Numbered from the stretch's first letter, positions 37,252 to 47,989 are shown. The stretch: DNA of 60,167 nucleotides from Desulfurococcales archaeon (GCA_027030065.1 JALVFK010000218.1:1-60167); one strand, 5' to 3'. Made by a program: numbers and translations. Notes: generated from the letters alone by a model not told the origin.

Positions 37252-38508
37252 TTACAGTATCTCGGCATAGATACCAGTAGTTTTTGCAAAGCTTTTTAGC
37301 TCTTCAGCATAATCTCCTATTACTAGTGCGTAATGATTGCCCATACTCTTCTCTAAAAGTATTGATGCTTCTACGTTTAATTCTATTGTGACCTGGGTTC
37401 TACAGTGCATATTGCTCTCTGGTTCACCTTTTACAATAAGTCCCCTCAAGACTCTCATTCTGTCGAGACTAGGAGAGAATCTTAGAAGTGTTACTGGAGA
37501 CTTTTCAGGATAATTCACGGCTATACCGACCCCCCTACCTGTTTCAAAATGTGTTCTTAATATATAGCTACCTATTGACATAGGAGCTGTACAGTGCGCT
37601 ATCATTAATTTATTGCCCTCTATCTTCGACGGATTTCCCATAAATACTGGCTTATTTGATAACTTATTTAATACAATCATCGCAATAGCTGAAGGAACAT
37701 CTCCCTCACATCCAGCAACTATTCCTTCACTATTAAGCATGCTCAACGGCAAGCAAGCTGTAGTGTCTAGTGAGAATATTATATCGAAGCATTTAATTGT
37801 GATAGCATTTAGATTCTTTTCTTTAATTACGTTTCTCAGTGCCATGTAGAGCTTTAATGCATCTATTATTCTTTTATTATTAACCTCTATTTTCTCTGCA
37901 TTACCTTTAACTTTTTCCATTAAATTTATAACTTGTTCTTCACTGGTAATATTATATGTTTTATATATTTCTTCTAATGGTACTTCCACTATATTTATTC
38001 CTAGTTTCTTCTTAGCCGTTATTGGATCTATTCTACTGTACACTAACCATGGACTTATACCGCCAATTAACCCTAGGTTATAATTGTATAGAGATAGCGC
38101 TACTTCTATTCCTCTTATAGTTTTCGCTAATCGACTTATAGTCTCCGGATTTTTCTCCACATCAAGGTAAATAGACCATACCTTGCTGTTAAGTTCCTCT
38201 GCAAGAGGCTTTGCCTCAAGAAGAGCAGGTAAACTATTCATCGTTGGATGAGCTATGAATATTGTTGGCTTTCTCAACGCACTCGTTTCTATTATTAATT
38301 CTTCGGAGCCGCCAGTTACAACTAGACCAATAATAATATCACATTCAGCAAGCAGCAACGATATCTTCTGTTTGTCTGTTATAAGGCCCTTGTTTACAAG
38401 TTCAAGTTCTACTCCACTATTTATTTTTGAAAGTATTCTTCCAATAACATTATTTACCAATACCTTATCATGTATAGGTGAAGCTAGTGAGACAAAGCAT
38501 CTCCTCAA
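37252..38508 (-). CDS. L-fucose/L-arabinose isomerase-family-like protein (COG2407-like)
   Basis: 418 aa. C-terminal region (MIAHCTAP ... FETGRGVGI ... VTLLRF ... GNHYALVIGDYAEELKSFAKTTGI) resembles sugar-isomerase C-domains. Weak, pattern-based. Confidence 0.4.
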   Translation of the reverse strand: MRRCFVSLASPIHDKVLVNNVIGRILSKINSGVELELVNKGLITDKQKISLLLAECDIIIGLVVTGGSEELIIETSALRKPTIFIAHPTMNSLPALLEAKPLAEELNSKVWSIYLDVEKNPETISRLAKTIRGIEVALSLYNYNLGLIGGISPWLVYSRIDPITAKKKLGINIVEVPLEEIYKTYNITSEEQVINLMEKVKGNAEKIEVNNKRIIDALKLYMALRNVIKEKNLNAITIKCFDIIFSLDTTACLPLSMLNSEGIVAGCEGDVPSAIAMIVLNKLSNKPVFMGNPSKIEGNKLMIAHCTAPMSIGSYILRTHFETGRGVGIAVNYPEKSPVTLLRFSPSLDRMRVLRGLIVKGEPESNMHCRTQVTIELNVEASILLEKSMGNHYALVIGDYAEELKSFAKTTGIYAEIL

Positions 38509-38582
38509 GACATATGACCCTCTAATCTAAGCTTTATTAGATACAGCACGAATTTAAGTAAATACCCCTTAAGGGTGTGTTT

Positions 38583-39398
38583 ATGGAAGAGTTGTTTAAC
38601 AAGATAATAAAAGAGATAAAAAATAATAGAAAAGTTGCACTAGTCATAGTTGTAAGCAAACTGGGCTCAGCACCAAGAGAACCCGGAGCAAAAATGCTAG
38701 TATTCGAAGATGGTACTACTTTTGGAACTATAGGTGGCGGTAGCTTTGAGCGACAGGTAGTCTCTGAAGCCCTAAAGGCTATAAGAGAAGAAAAAACACG
38801 TAAAATAAAATATGTTTTTAGAAGAGACCACATTCCAAAGGACGCTGTTCCCACGGGCCTAGAATGTGGAGGAGAATTAGAAGTGTTTATTGATGTAATA
38901 TCACCCACACCAAGAATAATCATTGTTGGTGCAGGACACATAGGAAAGCCTCTAGCCGATCTAGCAAATTTAATGAACTTTAGGGTCACAATAATAGATG
39001 ATAACAGCGAGATAGCTTCCAAAGAGAGATTCCCGTATGCAGAGGAGATAATTGTAGATGAATTAGCAAAAGGATTACTCAAGGCTAATGTAACACCAAA
39101 CGATTTTGTAGCTATAGTGTATGGTGGATTAGAAGAAGACTACGAGGTTTTTAAGCAAGCCATTCTCGCAAAGCCTAGATATGTAGGTTTACTTGGGAGC
39201 AAGAGAAAAGTAACCCTATTTAAGAAAAGGCTACTTGAAGAAGGTCTAAACCTCGATGACTACAAGGGAAGAGTCTACGCTCCAATAGGACTAGATATTG
39301 GTGCAAAAACACCAGAGGAGATAGCTGTTAGCATAATGGCTGAGATAACAAGTGTTATTCGTGGAGCAAAAAACGTGAAACATCTATCAATTATATAG
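38583..39398 (+). CDS. xdhC: XdhC/CoxI-family Mo-cofactor insertion chaperone
   Basis: ALVIVVSKLGSAPREPGAKMLVFEDGTTFGTIGGG plus Rossmann IIIVGAGHIGKPLADLA. ATG 38583 is preceded by GGGTG. The frame is open to GTG 38577. Confidence 0.85.
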   Translation: MEELFNKIIKEIKNNRKVALVIVVSKLGSAPREPGAKMLVFEDGTTFGTIGGGSFERQVVSEALKAIREEKTRKIKYVFRRDHIPKDAVPTGLECGGELEVFIDVISPTPRIIIVGAGHIGKPLADLANLMNFRVTIIDDNSEIASKERFPYAEEIIVDELAKGLLKANVTPNDFVAIVYGGLEEDYEVFKQAILAKPRYVGLLGSKRKVTLFKKRLLEEGLNLDDYKGRVYAPIGLDIGAKTPEEIAVSIMAEITSVIRGAKNVKHLSII

Positions 39399-39401
39399 AG
39401 T

Positions 39402-39986
39402 TTACAGTAAACCCAGTTTTTTCAAGTCCTCAATAGTATCTATATCCACTGCAACCTCCTTATAATCTGTATCAACGATAACTGTTCTATCCCTATACTT
39501 CCTCGTAACAGCCTTTAAGCCAAAAGTCTCCTCACTTATTTTAAGTATTTCACCAAAAAGCTCCCCGGAAAACAGTATCGGATGACCCTTCTCACCCCTA
39601 TATGATGCTACCACTATAGGGGCCTGCTTTTCCTCATACTTGTCTATTACCTTATCAAACACCGTTGAGGGGACAAAAGCTACATCTGCCGGATGAATAA
39701 TAGCAGCCTTAGCCCATTTATATACAGCTCTAATGCCGCGTTTAACCGAATACGACATCCCCTTCTCGTATTCAGGATTATACACCAATACTACATCATA
39801 GTTTGATATAACTCTAGCTATTTCCTCTGATTTATAGCCTAATACCACGAGTACTTCATCAGCTTTAGAGTCTAAAGCTGCTTCAACAACATGCTTTATT
39901 AGGGGTTTTCCTCTGACATTATAGAGTAACTTGTTCCCAGGAAAACGAGTACTCATACCAGCTGCAAGAATTATTATTGGTATCAT
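39402..39986 (-). CDS. mocA: MobA/MocA-like molybdenum cofactor nucleotidyltransferase
   Basis: 194 aa. MIPIIILAAGMSTRFPGNKLL, typical of the MocA/MobA-like NTP-transferase fold. Confidence 0.75.
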   Translation of the reverse strand: MIPIIILAAGMSTRFPGNKLLYNVRGKPLIKHVVEAALDSKADEVLVVLGYKSEEIARVISNYDVVLVYNPEYEKGMSYSVKRGIRAVYKWAKAAIIHPADVAFVPSTVFDKVIDKYEEKQAPIVVASYRGEKGHPILFSGELFGEILKISEETFGLKAVTRKYRDRTVIVDTDYKEVAVDIDTIEDLKKLGLL

Positions 39987-40002
39987 ATTATTACCCGTCC
40001 AG

Positions 40003-40809
40003 CTATTTCATGTAAACGTATTTTTCAGAGTATTTTAGTATTGCTCGTGTGCCCCCCGCTCTTCTAACAACTTCGGCTGTTTTCCAGACATCATTTACCT
40101 TTACGCTACCTATTATATCTAAATCGTATGTACTCAGTATTTGAGGCAGGACTTGGGCGCTAGGACCAACTATTACCTTTTTTGCCTTCTCGGTGTATCT
40201 TAATATATTATCTATAGTATCATTAACTAATACTGAGCCTGTTATGAAAACTATATCTATGCTTTCTGATATTCTTGGAAGAACAAGATCACTATAGATT
40301 GATTCAAATCGTGTAGGCGGCTCTCTTTCAATTACATAAATGTTTCTGAATCCCCTCTCTCTTAGCCTATTGATCACAGGTCTTATGTATCCTATTATGA
40401 GGACCCTTGAGTCTGGGGACATTTGTATAGAGTCCAATATGTCTCTGCCGAATGATATCTTGCCTGGAAGATTCTTATATAATTGCTTATTAAATAGTAG
40501 GTACTGTGAAATAGCGTTCAATAAAGCCAAACCTACTGTCTTCTCAATAAGTTTCCATGAGGAGAGTAATCTCGGAATCTCATCTATACTCGGTAGGGAA
40601 CTATCCCTTAACCCGTGAAACACTTTATCATAAGTAGTATGTGCTAAACCGAGAGCAAAACCCCTCCTACCTTTAACAATACAATATGTATAACTCAGAC
40701 TTATGCCCAGGTCAACTACGCTTAAATATTCATCCAATAAATTCAACGTATTATGTGCAATCTCATCGATTATCATGGAGAACCCCTTAAATAGTCTAAT
40801 AAGAGCCAA
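40003..40809 (-). CDS. DUF4213/DUF364 Rossmann-like (putative heavy-metal chelation) protein
   Basis: 268 aa. GLAHT, VLIIGYIRPVINRL, DIVFITGSVLVNDTIDNIL, VIVGPSAQVLP and AGGTR follow the DUF364 pattern. Confidence 0.6.
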   Translation of the reverse strand: MALIRLFKGFSMIIDEIAHNTLNLLDEYLSVVDLGISLSYTYCIVKGRRGFALGLAHTTYDKVFHGLRDSSLPSIDEIPRLLSSWKLIEKTVGLALLNAISQYLLFNKQLYKNLPGKISFGRDILDSIQMSPDSRVLIIGYIRPVINRLRERGFRNIYVIEREPPTRFESIYSDLVLPRISESIDIVFITGSVLVNDTIDNILRYTEKAKKVIVGPSAQVLPQILSTYDLDIIGSVKVNDVWKTAEVVRRAGGTRAILKYSEKYVYMK

Positions 40810-40860
40810 AATAAAATATGAGTACCTATAACAAAATTATAGTGTAATTAGGAGAGGCTA

Positions 40861-41340
40861 TTGAAAATGAAACTAAACGCTTGGATTATCATAGCAGTAT
40901 TACTAGTAATCATTATCGGAATATATGTACATCAATATTATATTATGCGGAACACATCAGCTGAACCGATGCCTGAGAAAGGAATATTCATAATTGAAAA
41001 CGGGCGTCTCAAACCAACAAATATCACAAAGATTCCGCCCTCTAACAATACTGTAATAATAGCCTTATTATCGAGTACTTGTCCGCACTGCCGCGCTTTT
41101 TGGCCCACGCTATATAAAGTTGCAAGAGAACTTGAGGGAAAAATAGAAATCTATTTTGTGATCCTTGATCCAGCATTATCGGAGCCCATGCGTGATATTG
41201 CTTTTTACTTTTATAATAACAAACTATGGGATGGAAGTGTACCAGCACTAATAGTCTACAAGAATGGCTCTTATGTTACTACTTGGATTGGTCGTATGAG
41301 TGAAGAAGAACTTCTAAACAGAATCGAGGAGGTGACTTAG
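40861..41340 (+). CDS. membrane-anchored thioredoxin-fold protein
   Basis: 159 aa. N-terminal TM helix and a CPHC active-site motif. Confidence 0.7.
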   Translation: MKMKLNAWIIIAVLLVIIIGIYVHQYYIMRNTSAEPMPEKGIFIIENGRLKPTNITKIPPSNNTVIIALLSSTCPHCRAFWPTLYKVARELEGKIEIYFVILDPALSEPMRDIAFYFYNNKLWDGSVPALIVYKNGSYVTTWIGRMSEEELLNRIEEVT

Positions 41341-41392
41341 AAGGGAAAATTAAATTGTCTAGGTGTAATCCATTAGTGGAAAAACCGTTTAC

Positions 41393-42250
41393 ATGTTAAT
41401 CTTTATTGCTGTTTTTAATGTCTCCTGGGCTTCTATATTTGTTCGATTGGCTAACGCACCAGGAGTTGTGTGTGCTACATGGCGGCTTATTTTCTCAACT
41501 ATAATCACTTTATCCATATCAGTATTATTCAATGGGCTGGGAGAACTTGTATCATTGAATAAGAAGACTATCCTATTGGCAATAGTATCTGGTGCATCTT
41601 TAGCAATACATTTTGCTACTTGGATGGAGTCTCTTTTTCTACTAACTATCGCAGTTAGTGTTACACTTGTAGTAACATATCCACTGATAACCGCATTAAT
41701 AGAGCATTTTATTTTAAAGGAAAAGATAAAAATCATCCAATGGATAGGCATTACAGTAGCCTTTATTGGTGCATCAGCACTATCTTTTTCAACAATAAAT
41801 GATAATCCTCTATCACATACATCAAATACTATATTAGGACTCGTATTAGCATTAGTGGGGGCTTTGGCTGCTGCAATATATTTCGTTATAGGTAGAATTA
41901 TTCGTCAAGAAACTAGTATGATAACCTATACGAGCATAACGTATACTTCTGCTTCAATAGTCTTATTATTAACCTCCATCTTACTAGGATATAATTTAGT
42001 AAAATATGATGCCTCTACGTGGTTATACTTTGTACTGTTAGCCGTTGTACCTATGTTGGGGGGACATAGTGTATTGAATTATTTGTTAAGGTACATTAAG
42101 GCATCTGTAATCACGGCTACAGTACTAGGTGAGCCCATTGGTGCTAGTATATTAGCGGCAATTATATTGGGTGAGGTATTGCCTATACAATCATATATCT
42201 ATATTGCTATTACGTTAATAGGGATATTCATAGTGCTATATTTTAAGTGA
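41393..42250 (+). CDS. EamA/DMT-superfamily transporter
   Basis: 285 aa, 10 TM in two EamA-like halves. Confidence 0.75.
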   Translation: MLIFIAVFNVSWASIFVRLANAPGVVCATWRLIFSTIITLSISVLFNGLGELVSLNKKTILLAIVSGASLAIHFATWMESLFLLTIAVSVTLVVTYPLITALIEHFILKEKIKIIQWIGITVAFIGASALSFSTINDNPLSHTSNTILGLVLALVGALAAAIYFVIGRIIRQETSMITYTSITYTSASIVLLLTSILLGYNLVKYDASTWLYFVLLAVVPMLGGHSVLNYLLRYIKASVITATVLGEPIGASILAAIILGEVLPIQSYIYIAITLIGIFIVLYFK

Positions 42251-42300
42251 AAAGCTAGGTACAAATACTACAGTGTAAAGTAAAGTTATGGAGATAAGTT

Positions 42301-42651
42301 ATGGTGAGAGAGAAAGTAGTGCATTATACTCAAGTGGAGAGGGAAAGAGTAGAAAACGCTAATGGTACATGGATTAGATGGTTGATAACCGATAGAGACG
42401 GAGCACCTAATTTCGCTATGAGATTGTTCGAAGTAGAGCCCGGGGGTCATATTCCAGCACATAAGCATCCATGGGAGCATGAGATCTTTGTATTAGAGGG
42501 TGAAGGACGTATACGTATAGGCGAGAATAACTATGTTGTTAAACCAGGCTACGTGGTCTTCATACCACCAGGTATAGTACACGAGTACTGGAATACAGGT
42601 AAAACCTTTTTGAAGTTCATTTGCGTAATACCCTTGAAGTATAGAAAATAA
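42301..42651 (+). CDS. cupin-domain protein
   Basis: 116 aa. GGHIPAHKHPWEHEIFVLEG ... IPPGIVHEYWN (cupin motifs 1 and 2). Confidence 0.8.
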   Translation: MVREKVVHYTQVERERVENANGTWIRWLITDRDGAPNFAMRLFEVEPGGHIPAHKHPWEHEIFVLEGEGRIRIGENNYVVKPGYVVFIPPGIVHEYWNTGKTFLKFICVIPLKYRK

Positions 42652-42672
42652 ACTGGTGGATCAAATATTATT

Positions 42673-43314
42673 CTAGGCTAAACTATGTTTTCTTAATACA
42701 CTCATTAAGTCTTTGAGAGTTATAGGACCTTCACGTAATATCCTTATCTCTCTATTTACTATTTCGACTACAGTAGAAGGAACACCACCGGGCGTTGGCC
42801 CTGCATCAAGTACTATATCAACGAGATCATCTAGCTCCCTTAACGCTTCTTCAGCGCTACGCGGTGCGGGATGACCTGAGATGTTAGCACTAGTACCTAT
42901 AATTGCTCCCCCCAGCCCTTCAGCCAATAGTAGTGGTATTTTATGATTAGGCATACGTACTCCTATTTTTCCCGTACCAAAAGTTATCTTGAACGGAAAC
43001 TTCTTCTTTACGGGAAGTATTATTGTGAGAGGCCCTGGCCAGAAATTCTCCATTAATTGAAGAGCGGTATCCGAGACGTATGCTATCTCCATTACATCTT
43101 TGATAGAGGAGACAAGTAGTGGTAATGGTTTATCACCTCGTCTCTTTATTGAGAATATTCTTTCTACAACATCCTCATTAAAAGGATCTCCTCCAACACC
43201 GTAAACAGTATCAGTCGGATAGACCGCTATTCCACCTTTTCTTAATACGTTGATCACGTAATCAATTATGTTCCTTTGAGGATTATCTTGCGACACTTTA
43301 AATACTTTCACCAT
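42673..43314 (-). CDS. YrdC/TsaC-domain L-threonylcarbamoyladenylate synthase (no Sua5 C-domain)
   Basis: 213 aa. VYPTDTVYGVGGDP, KRRGDKPLPLLV and GTSANISG motifs. Confidence 0.85.
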   Translation of the reverse strand: MVKVFKVSQDNPQRNIIDYVINVLRKGGIAVYPTDTVYGVGGDPFNEDVVERIFSIKRRGDKPLPLLVSSIKDVMEIAYVSDTALQLMENFWPGPLTIILPVKKKFPFKITFGTGKIGVRMPNHKIPLLLAEGLGGAIIGTSANISGHPAPRSAEEALRELDDLVDIVLDAGPTPGGVPSTVVEIVNREIRILREGPITLKDLMSVLRKHSLA

Positions 43315-43414
43315 AAGACCCTACCTCCCATTATTACATAGACTACTAGCTACATTAATCATTTTAAGCAACACTAATCTACTATCTACTCAGCATAAAA
43401 TGAGATGATGAAGA

Positions 43415-43978
43415 ATGAATGAGAGAAACATTAAGACCTTATATAAAGCTATTAGTTCACTAAAAAACATGCCTAGACAGGGATGGGTTATAGAAGGCGT
43501 ACCCAAGGCCTTTGCCGAAGATGTAGCGCAACACTCATATGAGGTCGCCTTAACCTCATTGATAATAGCCTTAGATTTAGAAAAGAAAGGAATACGGTTA
43601 GATCTAGGAAAGCTATTATCTATGGCTTTAATACACGATCTTCCAGAAGCCTTTATAGGCGATATAATAAAATACATGCAAAAATACATAGGTAGACTAA
43701 AAGAAAAGGCAGAAATACAGTCTCTTAATGAGTTTATAGGAGTAGATTATATTGTTAAAATTCATAGTGAGTACGTTAAAGGAGAAAGCATTGAGGCATT
43801 AATTGTTAAATTATCAGATTTAACGGCCACGGCCGTTCAAGCAATGAGATATTACAGTCTAGGTTATACTAATGTAAAGCGTATACTTGATAATACTAGA
43901 GAAAAAGCATTGAAACTAGCAAGAGAAAAAATTCCAGAAGCAGAAGAAACAATTGTGAAAATATTTAATAATATATAA
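43415..43978 (+). CDS. HD-domain phosphohydrolase (YfbR-like 5'-nucleotidase family)
   Basis: 187 aa. PRQGW, VAQHSYEVAL and LIHDLPEAFIGDI motifs. Confidence 0.8.
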   Translation: MNERNIKTLYKAISSLKNMPRQGWVIEGVPKAFAEDVAQHSYEVALTSLIIALDLEKKGIRLDLGKLLSMALIHDLPEAFIGDIIKYMQKYIGRLKEKAEIQSLNEFIGVDYIVKIHSEYVKGESIEALIVKLSDLTATAVQAMRYYSLGYTNVKRILDNTREKALKLAREKIPEAEETIVKIFNNI

Positions 43979-44050
43979 TATAGCGGTTATTATGATTAAG
44001 AGATTAATATTTAAATAACAAAGTTGCTTAAACATTAGTGCGGGTACTTA

Positions 44051-44716
44051 GTGGAGACAACGAAAGTTCACACATTAGAGAATCCCTATATTAATGAGAA
44101 ACTCACGATTCTAAGAGACAAAAATACACCTTATCCTGTTTTCAGAAGTATCCTTGAGGAACTAGGTTTTCTTATTGGAGTTGAAATGAGTAAGTCACTA
44201 CCAATAGTTGAAAAGAGAATAATCACTCCATTGAATGTTGAGGTTAAGGGTATTTCTATAATGAATAGAGATAAGATTATCTTGATACCGATATTGAGAG
44301 CTTCAATACCACTTGCATGGGGTATGCTAAAGGCTTATCCGGAGGCCAAGATGGGTCTTATTGTTGCAAAGAGAATTGAGGAATCCATAAAAACAGATGA
44401 AAAGGGTATACGTTTTGACATAGAATTAAGTTATAAGAAGCTACCAAGAATAGATGATGACTCTATAGTCGTAATAATTGATCCTATGATAGCAACTGGG
44501 TCAACTATCATAAAAGTGCTTGACGAAATACTTGTATACAATCCCTCAAAAATAATCATTGTCGGAATAATAGCTACACCTTACGCAATAAACCGTATAT
44601 TAAGCAGGGCAAAAAATATAGAATTCTATCTGCTTGCAATAGACGAAAAGCTTGACGAAAGAGGATATATAGTGCCTGGCTTAGGTGATGCAGGTGATAG
44701 AGTTTTTGGAACCTAA
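44051..44716 (+). CDS. upp: uracil phosphoribosyltransferase
   Basis: 221 aa with GTG start. ILRASIPL, PRPP loop IIDPMIATGSTI, C-terminal YIVPGLGDAGDRVFGT. Confidence 0.92.
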   Translation: METTKVHTLENPYINEKLTILRDKNTPYPVFRSILEELGFLIGVEMSKSLPIVEKRIITPLNVEVKGISIMNRDKIILIPILRASIPLAWGMLKAYPEAKMGLIVAKRIEESIKTDEKGIRFDIELSYKKLPRIDDDSIVVIIDPMIATGSTIIKVLDEILVYNPSKIIIVGIIATPYAINRILSRAKNIEFYLLAIDEKLDERGYIVPGLGDAGDRVFGT

Positions 44717-44718
44717 AG

Positions 44719-44988
44719 CTATTTCCCAATTATGCCGCGATCTAACATATATGTAATTAGACTAGTAAATATCATTGTAAGAAGAGATGTAGAGCCAAGT
44801 AATAATAGTGTAGATGACGCATAGGCTGAGATAGTATAGGTTTTAGCATACAGTATAACGTTTACTAAGACTAATGTGAAAGACCATATAATCATGTGAC
44901 CCCTTCTTAATACTACACCTACTAAAATCATTATTATAGCTGATACGTACACTATTAATTCTAGTATTGAGAGAGGATATTCTAACAC
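44719..44988 (-). CDS. small membrane protein
   Basis: 89 aa, three TM helices. Confidence 0.4.
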   Translation of the reverse strand: MLEYPLSILELIVYVSAIIMILVGVVLRRGHMIIWSFTLVLVNVILYAKTYTISAYASSTLLLLGSTSLLTMIFTSLITYMLDRGIIGK

Positions 44989-45096
44989 TTTTATACAGTC
45001 CTGGTTAAGAAGTACTCTGTATCCGATTATTAACCGGGAACGATATTACTTGTAGCCAGTATTATACCCTAAATTTATATATGGCTATATTCATCA

Positions 45097-45840
45097 TTAT
45101 CTTCTATTATATAGCCATTTTAGTATGGGTATACTATTTATCTTTTCCTTATCTAATAGTTCCCAGTAAATTCCTTTCGGCTTGGGATGAGGTTTAATCG
45201 TTTTAATTGTACGTGTAGGCGTTACTATTATGTCGACCGGTAGATCATGTATTTCTCTTGGAAGTTTTTTATCCAATAATTGAAGATCATGTATTGTTGT
45301 AACTACTGGTGTGTTTTCATTAATCTTGCCTATTTCTCGTAATATAGCGTATTCTAATTCAGCGTATCCTCCTCCCTTACCGATACGTGAACCATATCTA
45401 TCGACTGCTACACTACCAGTAACTATAAAGTCTATTTTCGGTAATTCTAAGATTCTTTCTCTATCAAATAATTTTCCTAAAATAAATGCCCCCTTAATAG
45501 TTGAAGCCTTTCTCATCATGTTTTGCGGTATGGTTTTTGGATCAAGTAGAATGAATCCTTTCCTGATTTTTGGAGTAGGCATTATGAGGATCTTACCTTG
45601 CAATAGTGCTTGTAGCCTTACTGGTTGCTGGGGGGCATCTGGATTCACTTTAACTACTCTAGACCTACGCCAAATAGGTATTTGAGATAAATTGTAGGCT
45701 GCTCTTTCGGCTCCGACAAAATTAGGTATTCTCCCATGTACGGGCCTGGGGAAACGTGCAATATTTTTCTCTTCTAATAGGTTCCAGATATATTCTCTAA
45801 TTTTCTTTTTCAGCTCCTTTACATTGTTTTTATCTTGCAA
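45097..45840 (-). CDS. 5-formyltetrahydrofolate cyclo-ligase-family protein
   Basis: 247 aa. [14 protein letters not shown] and [12 protein letters not shown] fit the archaeal COG0212-type pattern (from memory). Confidence 0.55.
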   Translation of the reverse strand: MQDKNNVKELKKKIREYIWNLLEEKNIARFPRPVHGRIPNFVGAERAAYNLSQIPIWRRSRVVKVNPDAPQQPVRLQALLQGKILIMPTPKIRKGFILLDPKTIPQNMMRKASTIKGAFILGKLFDRERILELPKIDFIVTGSVAVDRYGSRIGKGGGYAELEYAILREIGKINENTPVVTTIHDLQLLDKKLPREIHDLPVDIIVTPTRTIKTIKPHPKPKGIYWELLDKEKINSIPILKWLYNRR

Positions 45841-45915
45841 TATTATGGTCCCTAATGCTTGTTTTTCAATATAATCTATTAATCTTATGTCTTAATCAAA
45901 AATTGGGGAGAGGTT

Positions 45916-46551
45916 TTGGAGAAAATTGTTATTGACTTGATTCTAGGCATGCTAGGTATTCCTTCATTTGATAAGCTTAGAGAACTAGTAAAAAAGCACA
46001 GTGGTAAAGTTGATGTGGTATTAGTTTATAAGGATAGAAAACCTGATAATATAGTAAGAATATTAAAGGAGTTCAATCATATCGTTAATATAAGAGAAAA
46101 TGAAGGTCTACCTAGTGGGATAAAAGAGCTGTACCCTATTACAATTATATATGGACTATTTAATGGAAGAATAAAAATATATGGCGATATGCCTTGTCCC
46201 CTATCCTATGTTTTTGGCGAAATATTGGGGCTAGCAAATGGTACCTTAGAATCCGAAGTACCTAGGGAGGTATTGAAAGAACTCGAGGAAAAGGTTAAAA
46301 GAGAGATAAATATTACTATATTTGTTGTCCCTGGTATACCGTGTGTTAAGGCGTGTCACATGTTCTCCCATATTGCTTCAAGAGTCAATAAGATCTATAT
46401 AGAAATAATTGATGTCGACATGCATCAAGAATACTTTGAGAAACACTCTAATGGATCATTACCATTAATAATCATTAATAATAGGGTAAAGAAGACTGGT
46501 AGCCCGCGAAATTATAGAGAAATACTAAGGCTATTAGAGAAAGCTAATTAG
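45916..46551 (+). CDS. hypothetical protein with thioredoxin-fold-like C-terminal half
   Basis: 211 aa with TTG start. ITIFVVPGIPCVKAC...IDVD...LPLIIINN. Confidence 0.4.
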   Translation: MEKIVIDLILGMLGIPSFDKLRELVKKHSGKVDVVLVYKDRKPDNIVRILKEFNHIVNIRENEGLPSGIKELYPITIIYGLFNGRIKIYGDMPCPLSYVFGEILGLANGTLESEVPREVLKELEEKVKREINITIFVVPGIPCVKACHMFSHIASRVNKIYIEIIDVDMHQEYFEKHSNGSLPLIIINNRVKKTGSPRNYREILRLLEKAN

Positions 46552-46925
46552 ATATTAATGAATTCTAATGGAAGATTTATTAAATGGAATACAAAAATAA
46601 CATAACCAGCATAAACACATGCCATACTCTGCGAATAATGTATTAATAATAAACCGCAAATTAGGAGCCAGTATGGTGCTATAGCTATAATCATGTAGCG
46701 TACTTTTTCCTCACGTTTTAGCTCGCTAAAACTTTGGGTCTTATCATATCTTTTGAGTTCAAGGCGGAAACCCCATAATATGTACTTCTTGGAAAACACT
46801 TTGATTGAACCATTCTCATTTAAGATTTTGGCTGCGATGTAGTGCGATAACTCGTGGAGCAGCATGGAGGCAAATACTATGAGAGCATATACTGTGAACT
46901 CTACTATAACTTTTGTTACCAGCAT
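46548..46925 (-). CDS. small membrane protein with HExxH motif (DUF3267-like putative zincin)
   Basis: 125 aa. LLHELSHYIAA within the first TM region. Confidence 0.45.
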   Translation of the reverse strand: MLVTKVIVEFTVYALIVFASMLLHELSHYIAAKILNENGSIKVFSKKYILWGFRLELKRYDKTQSFSELKREEKVRYMIIAIAPYWLLICGLLLIHYSQSMACVYAGYVIFVFHLINLPLEFINI

Positions 46926-47147
46926 TATTTATCATTTAATAGTTTCACTCACGGCTCTTTTAATATCTTACTATGTTAGTTTCGGCGAACTCTATGTAAA
47001 CCATGAGTATTTATAGCCATGTAATAGAAGTAATACACTTTTCCAAAAGTTTCGCTTAACCCCGTTTAAAATACGCCGAGTATTATGTTAGAATGTTTTA
47101 TCAATAAATTGTTTAGAAAATAATTCCTATTGTGCTGTAGGATGAAA

Positions 47148-47417
47148 TTACTCTATACCGAGAATGCGGTAACGCCCATCCGGCAATGATAATACTCTGC
47201 CTTGTTCTACGAGTATTGATAGAGCTCTTCTTATCTTATCCTCGCTTGCGATACCTGATAATATTTCGTGGAGTTCCTTAAGATTTCGTGGTTTTTCCTT
47301 CAATAATTCTATTAAGATATTCTTTAATTCCTCCTCGTTAGGGGCCATCATCACTACTACGTCGGGATCTTCATATACAACTCTTAGTCTTACCTTAGTA
47401 TTTAACTCCTCACTCAT
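47148..47417 (-). CDS. small winged-helix protein, hypothetical
   Basis: 89 aa. LKELHEILSGIASEDKIRRALSILVEQGRVLSLPDGRY. Confidence 0.45.
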   Translation of the reverse strand: MSEELNTKVRLRVVYEDPDVVVMMAPNEEELKNILIELLKEKPRNLKELHEILSGIASEDKIRRALSILVEQGRVLSLPDGRYRILGIE

Positions 47418-47527
47418 ATTTTACTGACCTCTGCGTAGGAGTTTTTAAATTCCTGCAGATAAGTGTTGCGGAAAAAGTTTTAAACATACGATAATCGGGT
47501 AGCAATGTTAATCTGGGTTAACCAATA

Positions 47528-47863
47528 GTGTCGCCTAGAGAGGATGTTAAGCAACGCTACTTGTTGAGTATTATTGAAGTACGGCGTCAAAGACTTAGGA
47601 GAATCGCTGATAACTTATTTCAATCATATATAAGGCATGTTATATTAGCATACACTAGACCTCCTACATTAAGATTTTGCTACGATACGTTAAGGGAACT
47701 AGACAATATACTCGGTCAACTCGAAGTAGAGATAACTAGAAGAGGGATGGGATCCCATATTAATAGAATATTAGTTAAAGCGAGGAAACTAGCCTCCCAG
47801 ATCGGTGGTGAGGCTCAAGTTATCATAGAGGATTTAGTTGAGACGATGCAGAAGTTCTACTAA
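47528..47863 (+). CDS. hypothetical protein
   Basis: 111 aa with GTG start, helical and charged. No family recognised. Confidence 0.4.
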   Translation: MSPREDVKQRYLLSIIEVRRQRLRRIADNLFQSYIRHVILAYTRPPTLRFCYDTLRELDNILGQLEVEITRRGMGSHINRILVKARKLASQIGGEAQVIIEDLVETMQKFY

Positions 47864-47989
47864 GCATTGAATCATGCATGGAGAAATAAAAATCTATATC
47901 TTTTTAACACGATAAGGATAAAGTCTTATTTCAGTGTAGAATCTTCTGAAAGAATACCAGCTCTTTTCGAGAAATAGGAGGGATCAGCT

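Noticed and set aside
46548-46551. Overlapping stop codons of convergent genes (TTAG shared by TAA on the minus strand and TAG on the plus strand).
   Set aside because: This is a trivial consequence of compact gene packing with no regulatory implication I can support.
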